Part shown: one piece after another, positions 63,960 through 64,000 of the stretch
How positions within the stretch are numbered: the first letter of the stretch is position 1
Layout: every line of letters begins with the position of its first letter
IMG/VR virus record: IMGVR_UViG_3300042691_050360
Location: 32,001 to 96,000 of that record
From: a virus
Length of the DNA stretch: 64,000 bases
Reading direction: 5' to 3' (one strand)
Notes under the pieces: generated by a model
Told to the model about the DNA's origin: nothing
Databases searched by the model: none
What the model saw: only the letters and a program-made list of their open reading frames with translations
Translations under genes and position numbers: made by a program

Positions 63960-64000
63960 TCTCTTTGATGTTCCCGTGATGCCGCTCGCACCCTTGAGGT

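Noticed and set aside
1-64000. Stop-codon reassignment, as in some large phages
   Set aside because: Conserved genes are full length in the standard code, and TAA, TAG and TGA all end genes at expected positions
1-64000. tRNA, rRNA or large ncRNA genes
   Set aside because: Intergenic gaps are nearly all under 100 bp and AT-rich; no cloverleaf was recognised by eye (no covariance search was run)

Overview
A 64-kb, AT-rich, gene-dense segment of a large (probably jumbo) tailed dsDNA phage read in the standard genetic code. 1-16 kb is replication and transcription: the 3' part of DnaE, SSB-like, RecA, DnaG, RecJ, SpoVS, a class I RNR with a class Id signature, MazG-like, DnaX/DnaN/HolA-like subunits and three sigma-like factors. 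16-38 kb is packaging and head: TerS/TerL, about ten probable internal-head proteins, a portal fused to a DUF559-type nuclease, a 1394-aa prohead protease polyprotein, scaffold, decoration protein and a compact encapsulin-like HK97 major capsid protein. 38-49 kb is an accessory island: LAGLIDADG endonuclease, host-type prepilin, FeoA, repeat polyprotein, glycoside hydrolase, RmlA, duplicated small genes and a VWA lipoprotein. 49-64 kb is a convergent minus-strand neck/tail module. The prepilin suggests an Armatimonadota-like host (inference). Main observations: (i) an apparent peptide-coded head cargo system, with a recurrent hydrophobic-K/R-x-A motif and portable leaders (MSIF[KR]KAS, G-x-Y-R-L-A-D..L-x-[KR]-x-A, STLxxMIKKYA) shared by unrelated ORFs and in one case spread by duplicating promoter plus leader; (ii) a non-palindromic DNA word, (A)CACAATCT, roughly 10-fold over-represented on both strands and in several reading frames; (iii) two promoter classes, sigmaH-like AGGW-N17/18-GAAA before virion genes and leaderless GTAWAAT-N5-7-ATG before non-structural genes. 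All assignments are from motif recognition by eye; no database search was run.
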